From assembly GCA_051313645.2 (NCBI GenBank), contig JBNRSN020000011.1, positions 163,060,001 to 163,124,000 of the forward strand: 64,000 bases of DNA. The letters run 5' to 3'. Below the pieces are notes generated by a model. It was given only the letters and a program-made list of their open reading frames with translations, was not told the origin of the DNA and ran no database searches. This document shows positions 37,201 to 49,748 of the stretch, piece by piece (the stretch's first letter is position 1; each line of letters opens with the position of its first letter). The position numbers and the translations under genes were made by a program. The stretch is from Centroscyllium fabricii (taxonomy: Eukaryota).

Positions 37201-39684
37201 ATACACAGTTCAAAAAAACTCCGTGTCACCATTTTATACAAACAGGCAGTGTGCAACGTCATACCACATCTAACGCGAGTGACTGAATCTAGTAATGGAA
37301 GCATGTTTATAATGCAAAGTTTAATAGCTCAGAGTAAATTATGCTATTTGACGCGCTCTTCCTCTTTGATTCACCCCGCTGGTAATGGCTCTGTTCTAGA
37401 GCCACTGTCACTCCTCAGGTCCAGCAATCACTTCAGGTGTTCCTATTGACAGCAAGACAGGTAGACTGCGAAAATGCTCCGCCAATTAGATCTACCGTAT
37501 GTTTTGTCTGTAAACAGTGTGTGCAAACCCACAAGGTCTAAACTGGCGTTTATATTTTTTGTTTTCAGATTAACTGTTTGAGGGCAACAGAATTATTTCT
37601 TGACCAGTTTGAATAACACGATTCTTCTTAAAGTGCCCACAGAAAACACGTAGAATTCTCGTTGGCTACACCTTCTGTAATTCCACCGTCAATTTTAAGA
37701 TATTTAGGGAAAATCTTGCGTTCGCACACTAGACAGTGTTACTGTGCAATTCAATGTCTACAAAATACACCAGCAATCGCATGGGAAACTGGTAATTGAC
37801 GGCTGCGCGCCGGCTATCAGTGAAACACATCCTAATGGTTGTGTTGCCCGCGGTTTAAAAGGACTTTAATTCATTTGATTTTATATATATATAGTCATTT
37901 GGGCCTGGTTGTTCTTTGCAGCTTTTAAATACATACTTTTTTTTTGGTATAAAATTGCAAAAGTTTCCTCCCATTTATCTCGCTTCTGACTTTATATTAA
38001 CAGGGGTGGGAATTCAAAGTTATCACAACTTTCATCTTACATAAATATTATTTCAAACAAATCAATTTCCAGCCGGATCCAGCTGCAAGCTACAACAATT
38101 AAATGAATACTACAACTGTAAAAGTGACAGCGACACTCCCAATTAATCTATTTAAGAATTATTTTTCAAACTATTCGGTGTGCAGAACTAGTTGAAGCAA
38201 GAAAACAAAGTTCCGATGTTGCATTTTATTAAAAAGTAAAAAACCGTGGCGCCCTTTTTGCAATAGCGCGGGTTTATTCTTGGATTTGAGTTTGGTTTGG
38301 AGTACTGTGACAAACTCAGACGATCAACTATGTGATAGACTGGGTAAATCATTCCAAGCAAGCCCTATTATGAATTTACAAATTGTATTAAAGCCTATCT
38401 GCTCCCATTCCTGTGTTCTTGCTTCTGTGTCCTCGCATTGGCTTGTTATCAATGACCGGTTTGGGGTATTGAATGCACTGTAACAGTCGAATTATCACTT
38501 ATTGCATTTCAGTCCATGGATTGGCAACACATTCATGTGTATCAGTACCTGTAGCGCAGATTTAAAACGTGCGGTTGAGGTTTTAGAATGGGTATTGTAT
38601 TACAATTCTTAAATCATCTTGCCCAGTGACTAGTGATAACACTCCATCTGGTAACATGACACTAAATCCTATTTACATTTGAAAAGCACCCCCACCCCCT
38701 TACTTTGCTCCTTTCTGACTACAGTTGCTGAGTGGTATGATAATGAAAATTAAATAGAATACTGGTTCTTTAATATAAACCTTCCTGTATTTTGGTCACA
38801 ATGGCACTATTGTGATTTGATTCACTCGCCTGCCTCTTGGCAAACCCCTCGTAACTCTGCGCACAAATATACACAACTGAAGTCGTTGGTCACATAATAT
38901 ACTGCAGCACAGCAGTTGAAGCATTACTCGCCTTTACTTGGCGAGGGTTTCACTTCCCAATCAACCATCCGCTCTGGGGAAAGGGCGTCGACTAAGGGCG
39001 CTCGATGGATTTACACCTAGGGTTGGCCTTGTGTTGTAGTCCTCCATGAGCAACCTGGTAAACATCATTTCTTCCAGCGTCAGACTATTCTTACTTAACA
39101 AATTTAACCCATTTCTACGTGTCCCAGTCTTTGCGAATAAATACACTTGTATGTTTAGGTGAGTTCAACCTGCCACAGTTTTTGTGTTGACAGGACACTG
39201 CCTGCAATAGGCGGATACCGGCACCTTCAGGCTGTCACGCACACATTTCCCTGGACAATTCGGAACGGATTTAAAAAGACAATTTTACTCCAGGTGTACG
39301 TTCCGTGGTGTCATTCTAGTATATAAAGTGCTTCGCATATATCTCAATGGTGTGGTATAACTAGGCGCTCTCTTCAATATCTCCGCGACTCAAGGCGACC
39401 AGAAAATGTGGCCCTAGTTTGGTGGGTCAGTTCAGCGCTGGTCCTGATACATTGACCTCCAGCTATCTTCTTGTAATTTTCATGTATTTGTTTTTTATCA
39501 TTGTTCCTACAGTTTATCTGTGTGCCGACACTCGGATGGTGCCTGGTACTGAGAGGAAAGCGTGTTGCTGCCTGGCCTGTGTGAGGGACAGGACGGGAGG
39601 CGGTGCTGGCTGCAGGTGAGCATTTTCTGGGGCGGAGCAGAGAGAAACGGGCGGCCCGGGGGCGGACTTCACGCCAGGTGAGCA

Positions 39685-40150
39685 ATGAGGGAATGAGGAG
39701 AGGGAGAGGGGGAGGGGGAGAGAGAGGGAGGAGAGAGGGGGAGAGAGAGGGAGGAGAGAGGTGGGGGGGAGAGAGGGGGGCGGAGGGGGGAGAGAGAGGN
39801 NNNNNNNNNNNNNNNNNNNNNNNNNNNNNNNNNNNNNNNNNNNNNNNNNNNNNNNNNNNNNNNNNNNNNNNNNNNNNNNNNNNNNNNNNNNNNNNNNNNN
39901 NNNNNNNNNNNNNNNNNNNNNNNNNNNNNNNNNNNNNNNNNNNNNNNNNNNNNNNNNNNNNNNNNNNNNNNNNNNNNNNNNNNNNNNNNNNNNNNNNNNN
40001 NNNNNNNNNNNNNNNNNNNNNNNNNNNNNNNNNNNNNNNNNNNNNNNNNNNNNNNNNNNNNNNNNGGGGTTGGGGAGAAAGGGGGAGGGGAGGGAGAGAG
40101 GGGGATGAGGAGGGGGAGGAGAGGAGGGAGAGAGAGAGAGGGCAGAGAGA
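39685..40150 (+). repeat. Polypurine (G/A) low-complexity tract containing an N-gap (39800-40065)
   Basis: Almost pure G/A on the + strand. Confidence 0.9.
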
Positions 40151-40152
40151 GG

Positions 40153-41283
40153 GCACCTTGGCACATTGGATCCAAAATTAGCTCAGTGGCAGGAAGCAGA
40201 GGGTGATGGTCAAAGGATGTTTTTGTGCCTGGAAGCCTGTGTCCAGTGGGGTACCGCAGGGATCGGTGCTGGGTCCCTTGCTGTTTGTAGTATACATTAA
40301 TCATTTAGATATTAATGTAGGAGGTATGATCAGTAAGTCCGCAGAAGACACGGAGAGTGGTCAAGTGGTAAATAGCAAGGAGGGAAGCCTCAGGCTACAG
40401 GATGATATAGATGGGTTGGTTAGATGGGCAGAACAGTGGCAAATTGAATTTAACCCTGAAAAGTGTGAGGTGATGCATTTTGGGAGGACTAACAAGGCAA
40501 GGGAATACACACTGAATGGCAAGACCCTAGGAAAGACAGAGGATCAGAGGGAAATTGGTGTGCATGTACATAGATCCCTGAAGGTAACAGGACAGGTAGA
40601 TAAGGTGGTTAAAAAGGCATATGGGATACAATAAAGCCCATTGAATCGTGAATCGTGAATCGGGATACTTGCCTGCATTAGCCGAGGCATAGAATATAAG
40701 AGCAGGGAGGTTATGATGGAGCTGTACAAAACGCGGGTAAGACCACAGCTGGAGTACTGTGTGCAGTTCTGGTCGCCGCACTATAGGAAGGATGTGATTG
40801 CTTTGGAGAGGGTGCAGAGGAGATTCACCAGGATGTTACCTGGGCTGCAGCACTTTAGCTATGAAGAGTGACTGGACAGGCTAGGGTTGATTTCCTTGGA
40901 GCAGAGAAGCCTGAATTTTGTACACCTGATTGAGGTGTACAAAATTATGAGGGGCATAAATAGGGTAGATAGAAATGAACGTTTCAGTAGAGGGTTCAAT
41001 AACCAGGGGGCATAGTTTCAAGGTAAGGGGCAGGAGGTTTAGAGGGGATTTGAGGAAAAACCTTTTCACCCAGAGGGTGGTTAGAAACTGGAACTCACTG
41101 CCTGAAAGGATGGTAGAGGCAAGAACCCTTACAACATTCAAGAAGCATTTAGATGAGCATGTGAAACGCCATCGCATACAAGGCTACGGACCAACTGCTG
41201 GAAAATGGGATTAGAATAGACAGGGCTTGATGGCCTGCGCAGACACGATGGGCCGAAGGGCCCCTTTCTGTGCTGTATAACTC
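40153..41283 (+). mobile_element. CR1 LINE, 5'-truncated and decayed
   Basis: [45 protein letters not shown] and CR1 3' UTR. Confidence 0.9.
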
Positions 41284-41284
41284 T

Positions 41285-42550
41285 AGAGAGAGAGGAGGAA
41301 GTGAAGTGAGAAGAGAGAGGGAGAGAGAGGAGAGAGAGTGGAGAGGGAGAGAGAGGGGAGATGAGGGAGAGCGAGGGGAGGGGAGAGAGAGGGGGACAGA
41401 GAGAGGGGAGGGGGAGAGAAAGGGGAGGGGGGAGAGAGTGGGGGAGGGAGGGGAGGGAGAGTGGAGGGGAGGGGAAGAGGAGAGGGAAAGAGGAGGGAGA
41501 GGGGCTGAGTGGAGAGGGGAAGGGAGGGGAGCAGAGAAGGAGGAGAGGGGGAGAAGGAGGGGGGAGAGGGAGGGGGAGAGGGAGAGGCGGGGTGGGAGAG
41601 GGGAGGGGGAGGAGAGTGGGAGGGGGAGGAGATGGGGAGGCAAGGGGGAGGAGAAGGGAGGGGAATGGAGGGGATGGGGAGGCGAAGTGAGAGGAGAAGG
41701 AGGAGAAGGGAGTGAAGGGAAGGGGGTAAGGAGAGGGTGAGGAGAGGAGAAGAGGAGAGAAGAGAAGGGGAGGGGAGGGGAGGGGAGGGGAGGAAGGAGT
41801 GGTGGAGTAAAGAGGAGGTGGTGAGAGGGGAGGGAGGAGAGGTAGAGAGGAGAGGTAGAGGGAGGGGTAGAGGGGAGGGTAGAGGAGAGGGAGGAGGGGA
41901 GGGGAGATGACGGGGTGGAGAGGGGAGGGAGACGAGAAGAGGAGAGGAGAGAGGGAGGAGATTAGGAATGGAGGCAAGGGGAGGGGGAGGAGTGTGGAGG
42001 GGGAGAGGTGGCGGCGAGTACGAGGAGAGTGGAAGGGGGAGTGGGAGGAGAGGGGAGGTGTGGAGAGGAGGGGCTGAGAGGAGGGGAGGAGGGTTGGTGT
42101 GGAGGAGTGGAGGGGTGAGGAGGAGGAGTGGGAGGTGTGTAGAGGAGTGACGGAGGGGAGGGTTGGTGTGATGGGGAGGAGGGCAGGCGGGGAGAGGGAG
42201 GAGAGGGGTGAGGGGAGAGGGAAGGGGAGGGGGAGGCTGGAAGTGGGAGAGGGGCGAGGGAAGGGGAGAGGAGGGGAGGGGGAGGGAAGGATGGGGAGGG
42301 GAGAGGAGGGGATGGGGAGGGGAGAGGGAAGGGGAAGGGAGGATGGGGAGGGAAGGGAGAGGGAAGGGAAGATGGGGAGCGGAGTGGAGCGGAGGATGGG
42401 GAGGGGAGAAGATGGGGAGGGGAAAGGGGAGAGGGAAGGGGTAGGGAAGATGGAGAGGGGCGGGGAGAGGATGGGGAGGGGAAAGGGGAGAGGGAAGGGG
42501 TAGGGAAGATGGAGAGGGGAGGGGAGGGGAGGAGAGGATGGGGAGGGGAG
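41285..42550 (+). repeat. About 1.27-kb polypurine GGGGA/GGAGA-rich low-complexity tract
   Basis: Dense G3-G6 runs separated by A. It accounts for the spurious Pro/Ser/Leu-rich and Gly/Arg/Glu-rich ORFs. Confidence 0.95.
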
Positions 42551-43765
42551 TCAGCCTCACTCCAGGTGAGCACATTCAGGGAGGAGGCGCGACTCATCCA
42601 ACTCCAGTCAGCTCCTGTCAGGCCATTCATACCAACGTTAAACCCTGGAAGCCTGGAGTAAGCTTTGTTTTAATGAATATATAATGGGTTCGCAGTGATT
42701 GAAGGACGAAATCTCCCCTCTGGCCATGCCCACAAGTCGCAGCTCGACCGCAACTGGGCGCCAACACCAGCTGAAGGGAGCGGAGTGAAAGTGATGAAGC
42801 GAAGATGTCTGTCCCTTTAGTTACATGACACACATTAACCGTAACACAGAAATTCCCAGAGAATTGCCTTGTTCCCCAGCTTACATGAGCCCATGTAGGG
42901 CGCTTTAATTGCCACATTTTCAACCGAAACTCGGTGATATAATGGGGGATGTCTTAGTCATTACCTTAATGAGCTAACACCTTCCCTTCCTTCAGCCTAC
43001 TCATTATCACGCCTCATGCTCCACTTAAACGACAGCGACTTTTGTTAAATAAATGGGAGGCTTGAAAGTTTAATATGTAAAAAAAAGGACCAGGTTTCTA
43101 CACTGCAAAATGCGAGCGTGCATAAATTTACACAGAATAAGCAAGATAGTAAGCAAAGGTAGAAATTGTGCCGCCTGGGGAGCAGAAGAAGGGGGGGGGG
43201 GGGGGGGGAGGATGTCCTTTAATTATAGTTGGCTGAACCCTCTGTTACTTGACCCGCAGTGGTGCCTAGGTGTCAGGGTAGTGAGTTTTAAGGCGGCGGG
43301 CTGTGAATGTGTGCAGTTGCACCGTTGATGGATTTTGAAAGGTATTGTAACAGGGTTAGCCTCCATGTAAAGCGAGAAGTGAGATTTTTTTTCTTGTTGT
43401 TGTTGCAAAGAAGGCTGTGGTTGCAGATGGACGTTTATGTTCCATGGACTGGTCAAAGAAGCTCCTCGGCACAGGGCACTGGGCCGCCAGCCAGCGCCAT
43501 TGACGCTTCTCAGACTGATGAGAGCACCACTTGAGTCCGAAAGGTGGTTTTATTTTTCAAGCCGAATCTCATCTAACTTTTGACCTCGACAATGTATTAT
43601 CAACCTAGCAGACTGTTAATGTAAAAAAAAAACAGATACACGCCGTATAAACTGTTTTTTTTTTTTGCGCAGTGAGCCATATAGCTTCTGATTTCAACTG
43701 TGAAGCATCCTGCACCATTATAACTTTTTGATATTTATAAACATTTCATATAAAATTATCTGCAC

Positions 43766-44341
43766 TGTGGCATAGTGGTTAGCACTGTTGCCTCACAGCA
43801 CTGGAGACCCGGGTTCAAATCCAGCCTCGGGTACTAAAATTCAAATTCAAATTCAAAATAGCTTTATTGGCATGAATGGTATCAACCGTTGTTGCCAAAG
43901 CATTGTAATATACATAAAAATAATACATTAGTAGACGTAATAACAACAGTACTAACAGGATATATACAACAGCATCCGTAATAATATTAATAGATATATA
44001 GTTTAAATGCAGTTTCTATTGGTGTGGAGTTTGCACATTCTCCCCGTGTCTGCGTGGGTTTCCTCCGGGTGCTCCGGTTTCCTCCCACAGTCCAAAGATG
44101 TGCGGGTTAGGTTGTTTGGCCAGGATAAATTGACCCTTAGTGTTAGGGGGATTGAATATGTGGGGTTACGGGGATAGGGTGGGATATGTGCCAGTGCAGG
44201 CTCGAGAGGGATCAAGGGGTATGGGGAGAGGGCAGGGGCGGGGTGCTGGGTTGTGTTGATCAGCCATGATCTCATTGAATGGCGGAGCAGGCTCGAAGGG
44301 CCGAATGGCCTACTCCTGTTCCTATCTTCTATGTTTCTATG
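43766..44341 (+). mobile_element. HE1-type SINE interrupted by an about 180-bp retroposon 3' tail (about 43836-44015)
   Basis: tRNA head 43766-43832, AT-rich insert with (TTCAAA)n and TTTATTGGCATG, then the V-domain resumes at about 44020. Confidence 0.85.
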
Positions 44342-44378
44342 TAACTCAGCTGGCCAGGCAGCATCGCTTGACCGAGAA

Positions 44379-44773
44379 CGGCGGCACGGTGGCATAGTGG
44401 TTAGCATTGTTGTCTCACAGCACTGGAGACCCAGGTTGAAATCCAGCCTCGGGTGACTATCTGTGTGGAGTTTGCACATTCTCCCCGTGTCTGCGTGGGT
44501 TTCCTCCGGGTGCTCCGGTTTCCTCCCACAGTCCAAAGATGTGCGGGTTAGGTTGGTTGGCCATGATAAATTGACCCTTAGCGTTAGGGGGATTAGAATA
44601 TGTGGGGTTACGGGGATAGGGTGGGATATGTGTTGATGCAGGTTCGATAGGGATATGGGGACAAGGCAGGGACAGGGTACTGGGTTTGGATGATCAGCCA
44701 TGATCTCATTGAATGGCGGAGCAGGCTCGAAGGGCCGAATGGCCTACTCCTGCTCCTAGTTTCTATGTTTCTA
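44379..44773 (+). mobile_element. HE1-type V-SINE, full length
   Basis: Head, V-domain and CR1 tail. Tandem to the previous copy, separated by a short fragment (44343-44378) similar to the Penelope terminal repeat at 48226-48260. Confidence 0.9.
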
Positions 44774-46319
44774 TCTCAACATTACGAAAACCGATCATAC
44801 AGTCCCATGCTAATGCAATCCTATTAAACTTGTATATTCAACACGAAACTGAACTCGGATTCAACAACGATGACGCCTCTCTTTCCCCCTCGTGGCTTGC
44901 TGAACCGTATTGCACACAGTAATGATTTCATATGCCCATCTCAAATGACGAGCATCAACATATTGACCGGGAGGTTTAACCGTTCACTACACACCAGAAG
45001 ATGTACTTTCCACCCTTCGGTGTTCGAAAGGCGAAATGAACAAAATAGAATTGATTTCGAATAAGTATACCACATGCTATATTAACAAACACTTGCCAAT
45101 GAATGACAAATTTACATACACATGATGTCAGACGGCGATATTTTTGCAGCCTTAATTGGTTTGGCTTGAGGCATTCTTGTGTCAAAATGGAGTGTGTTGC
45201 TTCCCTCGAGTTGCCTGCTTCTCTGCAACACTTTCATTCGATCTGTCTGCATTCTCTTTAATGTCGTGTCCATCCAGGAAGTAAGTTAATTATTGATATC
45301 AACATTGAAGGAATAAAATACTAAACAAATAAGCGTAAGCAAGTGAAATATTTACACGGGCATTGCTGTAGAAATAACACAATTTCTGCTAAAATGTTGG
45401 AATAATCTTTCTTAAAAAAAAAGTTCACGGTATATTTAAAGTTTCTGTCTATGGAGATTTTATCAAGGCTTGTGGAAGTGCGAGGGAGCCAGCTGGCAGC
45501 GCAGGTTGACATCGACTTGACTGCTTTGTGTCTGTAGAATCATCCAGCTAGCATTTTGGGTCTTTTGTGAAATAATAACTTGTTTTTGTTCAGCTCACTG
45601 TACAATTAAAAAAGAGCGTCAGAGAATGGATCCGCCATAGCTGGAGTTAAGGGCAACCACCGCGGAATGAATATTTAGATATGACAACTGTAACTCAATT
45701 ATTTCTGCTAAATCAAGAGATACGATTTTTATGTGACAGCACTGTGCCTTCCGAATCAGCAGAGAGAAATTGACGACTTCTTCACACTTCTGGACCAGGT
45801 TCAGTGCATCGGAGGAGTAGGGGGTTGGGTTTAACCACCACTTATCCAATCGAATAATTTAAAAACCCCTATTAAACTCGTTGTGGTACATTGAAACTGG
45901 GTCAAGCTGTTTAGTCTCCCCCAGTGTTAGCATATACACAATTAATTAGGATGAGCCGACACGATTCATCACAAATTGGCACTAAATTGGCAACCCATTC
46001 AGAGAATAGCTCGTGGTGGAAGCAAAGAGAGAGAGAGAGAGAGAATCACACGGGGGCACTGGGGATGTGCTTAGGTTGGTAGTCAAGGGCCACGCTGGGG
46101 CAAAGTCTCATTCTGCTTCCGGCTTGTATTGTCATTAAGGTGGAAGTGTCTGGTGCTGATTGTGACTGCTCATCCTTAGTACTCATCTTGATGAGTTAAA
46201 TATTTACCGAAACATTTAATTGTTAAATATAAATCTAGACAGTAAGGGAATTGCACGAACGCCCCCCCCCCAAAAAAAAATGGCAAAACCTGTATTTACA
46301 AATTGTCTTATGGCTTCAT

Positions 46320-46838
46320 AAACGGGCCTTTTTCCGAGTGGCAGACAGTGACTAGTGGGGTACCGCAGGGATCGGTCCTTGGACCCCAGCTATTCACAAT
46401 ATATATTGATGATAATATAAAATTCTAACAGGACTGGACAGACAAGATGCAGGAAGGATGTTCCCGATGGTCAGGTTGCCCAGAACCAGGGGTCACAGTC
46501 TAAGGATAAGGGGTAAGCCATTTAGGACAGAGATGAGGAGGAATTTCTTCACCCAGAGAGTGGTGAACCTGTGGAATTCTCTACCACAGAAAGCAGTAGA
46601 GGCCAGTTCATTAAATATATTCAAGAAGGAGTTGGATATATTTCTTAAAGCTAAAGGGATCAAGGGGTATGGGGAGAAGGCAGGGACAAGGTACTTCTTC
46701 TTATCGTGTCTTCTTTCGAAGTGGTGGATGGAGTTTTTAACAGACCGGTTAACGGTCTGCTTTTTGACCGCGTGTTAGCGCCTCCTCCGTGGTCACTGCC
46801 TGCTATTGCACCTGGTCTTCCCCGATGGTCTCCCATCC

Positions 46839-46871
<33 letters not shown>

Positions 46872-47985
46872 CGAGGTCGACTTGGGATCGGGCGTTCTAG
46901 ACTAGCAGGCCGGGGCTGACAAGGTACTAAAATTGAATGATCAGCCATGATCACATTGAATGGCAGAGCAGGCTCGAGGGGCCGAATGGCCTACTCCTGC
47001 TCCTATCTTTTATGTTTCTATGATCTGGACGAGGGAACCAGATGTAATATCTTCAAGTTTGCAGATGACATAAAGCTGGGTGGACATGTGTGCTGTGAGG
47101 GAGATGCTGAGAAACTCCAGTATGATTTGGACAGGTTGGGTGATTGGGCAGAAGCATGGCAGATGCAGTATAACATGGATATATGTGAGGTTATCCACTT
47201 TGGTGGCAAAAACAGGAATGCAAATTATTATCTGAATGGCAATTGATTGGGAGAAGGGGAAGTGCAACGAGATCTGGGTGTCCTTCTGTACCAGTCGCTG
47301 AAGGTAAGCATGCAGGTGCAGCAGGTGGCTAAGAAGGCAAATGGTATGTTGGCCTTTGTAGTGAGAGGATTCGAGTACAGGAGCAAGGATGTCTTGCTGC
47401 AATTGTACAGGGCCTTGGTGAGACCACATCTTGAATATTGTGTGCAGTTTTGGTTGCCTTATCTGAGGAAGGATGTTCTTGCCATGGAGGGAGTGCAGCA
47501 AAGATTCACCAGACTGATACCTGGGATGGCAGGAATGACGTATGAGGAGAGATTGGGTCAATTGGGCTTACACTCGCTGGAGTTTAGAAGAATGAGAGGG
47601 GATCTCATTGAAACTTATAAAATTTTAACAGGACTAGACAGACTAGATGCAGGAAGGATGTTTCTGATGGCCAGGGAGTTCAGAACCAGGGGTCACAGTC
47701 TAAGGATAAGGGGTAAGCCATTTAGGACAGAGATGAGGAGGAGTTTCTTCACCAAGAGAGTGGTGAACCTGTGGAATTCTCTACCACAGAAGGCAGTTGA
47801 GGCTAATTCATTAAATATATTCAAGAAGGAGTTAGATATATTTCTTAAGACTAAAGGGATCAAGGGATATGGGGAGAAAGCAGGGACAGGGTACTGAATT
47901 TGGATGATCAGCCATGATCGCATTGAATGGTGGAGCAGGCTCGAGGGGCCAAATGGCCTGCTCCTGCTCCTATCTTCCATGTTTC
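46320..47985 (+). mobile_element. CR1 LINE fragment containing a nested CR1 3' fragment (46414-47019)
   Basis: Outer copy [15 protein letters not shown]|LDEG..KFADD..HLEYCVQFW. Inner copy bounded by an ATGAT duplication (46409-46413, 47020-47024). Confidence 0.88.
46696..46917 (-). mobile_element. 5S rRNA-derived SINE (SINE3-type) or 5S chimeric retrocopy
   Basis: 46917-46799 is 5S-like (box A AGCTAAGCAG, box C TTGGATGGGAG) followed by about 100 nt unrelated to 5S ending TAAGAAGAA. Exact 11-bp TSD GACAAGGTACT (46685-46695, 46918-46928). Confidence 0.85.
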
Positions 47986-48171
47986 ATCAAAGCCCCTCTG
48001 GAAGCATTTCAAGCAACACATTGCTTTTTGAAACATTCTATTATTAGGTAGGTAATTCTATAATTTGAGTGGGAGCTGTGTTTTAGACGGTGGAACAACA
48101 AAGTTAGGAGTTTGGTACTCTGGCCAAAATTCCTGAGATTCCTTCAAATAAACGAATGGCATTTTTATGTT

Positions 48172-49746
48172 AGTAAAATCCTGTGGATGTTGGAAATCCA
48201 AAATAACAACAGAAAATGCTGGAAAAACTCAGCAGGCCAGGCAGCATCGGTGGAGAGAGAAATATAGAGTCGACGTTTCAGGTCGATGACCCTTCGTCAG
48301 AACTGGAAAAAAGCAGGAAATGGAAAGCCGGGGTGGGGCTGGGAAAAGGGGGAGGGGATGAAAGAACAAAAGGGAAGGTCAGTGAGAGGATAGAAAGCGG
48401 GAGAGATTGAGAGACATTCAAGGCGAGAGGAGGTGGGAATGGGACAGGTTAAGGAACAAAGGGTGGCTCTAGATGGGGTGTGAATTGCGCTGGCAGAGTG
48501 AAGGACAGCTGAAGGGAGGGAAGAAAAAACAAAAAGTGTGGGGAAAAAAAGAATATATATATATATCTGATAGGGGCCGAGGTTATGATCTGAAATTGTT
48601 GAACTCTATGTTGAGTCCAGAAGACTGTAGAGTGCCTAATCTGAAGATGAGGTGTTGTTCCTCGAGCTTACGCTGAGCTTCCGTGGAACAATGCAAGAGT
48701 CCAAGGATGGTGAGGTCTGAGTGGGAATGGGGCAGTGAATTAAAGTGACAGGCGACCAGGAGCTCGGGGCCCCCCTTACGGACTGAACGGAGGTGTTCCA
48801 CAAAGCGGTCACCCAATCTGCGTTTGGTCTCCCCAATGTAGAGGAGACCACATCGTGAGCAGCAAATACAGTATACTAAATTACAAGAAGTACACGCAAA
48901 TCGCTGTTTCACCTGGAAGGGGTGTTTGGGGCCCTGGACAGTGGGAAGGGGGGAGGTATAAGGGCAGGTGTTGCATCTCCTGCGCTTGTATGGGATGGTG
49001 CCGGGAAAAGGGGAAGGGTTGCTGGGGGTGGTAGAGGAGTGGACTAGGGTGTCTCGGAGGGAGCGGTCCCTATGGCATGCTGAAACAGGAGGTGAGGGGA
49101 AGATGCGTTTGGTTGGTGGGATCATGCTGGAGGTGGCGAACATGGTAGCAGATGATCCATTGAATGTGGAGGCTGGTGGGGTGAAAGGTGAGGACAAGGG
49201 GAACCCTCTCGTGGTTCCGGGAGGGAGCTGCAGGGGTGAGGGCAGAAGTGCGGGAGCTAGAACGGACACGGTCGAGGGCCGTGTCAACCACAGTCGAGGG
49301 GAATCCTCGGTTGAGGAAAAAGGAAGACATGTCGGAAGCACTGGTGTGGAAGGTGACATCGTCGGAGCAGATGCGGCGGAGATGGAGAAACTGGGAGAAT
49401 GGAATAGAGTCCTTACAGGAGGCGGAGTGAGAGGAAGTGTAGTCCAGGTAGCTGTGGGAGTCAGTGGGCTTATAGTGAATGTTAGTCAATAACCGATCCC
49501 CAGAGATGGAGACAGAGAAGTCGAGGAAGGGAAGGGAAGAGTCGGAGATGGACCATGTGAAGGTGAGGGAAGGGGGGAAATTGGAAGCAAAGTGAATGAA
49601 ATTTTCTAGTTCAGGGCGAGAGCAGGAGACGGCACCGATACAGTCATCAATGTACCGGAAAAAGAGGCGAGGGAGGGGACCCGAGTAGGGCTTTCCATTT
49701 CCTGCTTTTTTCCAGTTCTGACGAAAGGTCATCGACCTGAAACGTT
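48172..49746 (-). mobile_element. Penelope-like element, 5'-truncated, with inverted 5' terminal-repeat fragment
   Basis: RT FRYIDDCIG (ORF 49070-49732) and GIY-YIG endonuclease NLVYCICCSRCGLLYIGETKRRLGDRFVEH..VACHFN..GLN (ORF 48583-49359). 49689-49745 is an inverted copy of 48273-48329. 17-bp TSD AATGGyATTTTTATGTT (48155-48171, 49747-49763). Confidence 0.92.
48268..48304 (-). ncRNA. Minimal type I hammerhead ribozyme motif in the Penelope 3' repeat
   Basis: Minus strand AGTT-CTGACGA-A-GGGTC-ATC-GACCT-GAAA-CG-T-C-GACT: intact core, GUC cleavage triplet, palindromic ACGT stem III. Confidence 0.8.
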
Positions 49747-49748
49747 AA
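49714..49748 (+). ncRNA. Hammerhead motif in the inverted 5' repeat, truncated at the cleavage site
   Basis: AGTT-CTGACGA-A-AGGTC-ATC-GACCT-GAAA-CG-T-T, followed directly by the TSD. Confidence 0.7.

Noticed and set aside
41138-42630. Long Pro/Ser/Leu-rich and Gly/Glu/Arg-rich ORFs (up to 430 aa)
   Set aside because: Artefacts of the polypurine low-complexity tract, which lacks stop codons.
43514-43560. CTGATGA...GAAA hammerhead-like core
   Set aside because: Stem II (GAGCACCACTTGAGTCC) does not pair convincingly and stems I and III are very weak, so it is probably chance.
46799-46917. Functional 5S rRNA gene
   Set aside because: Diverged at the 5' end, no T-run terminator, fused to a foreign tail and flanked by a TSD.
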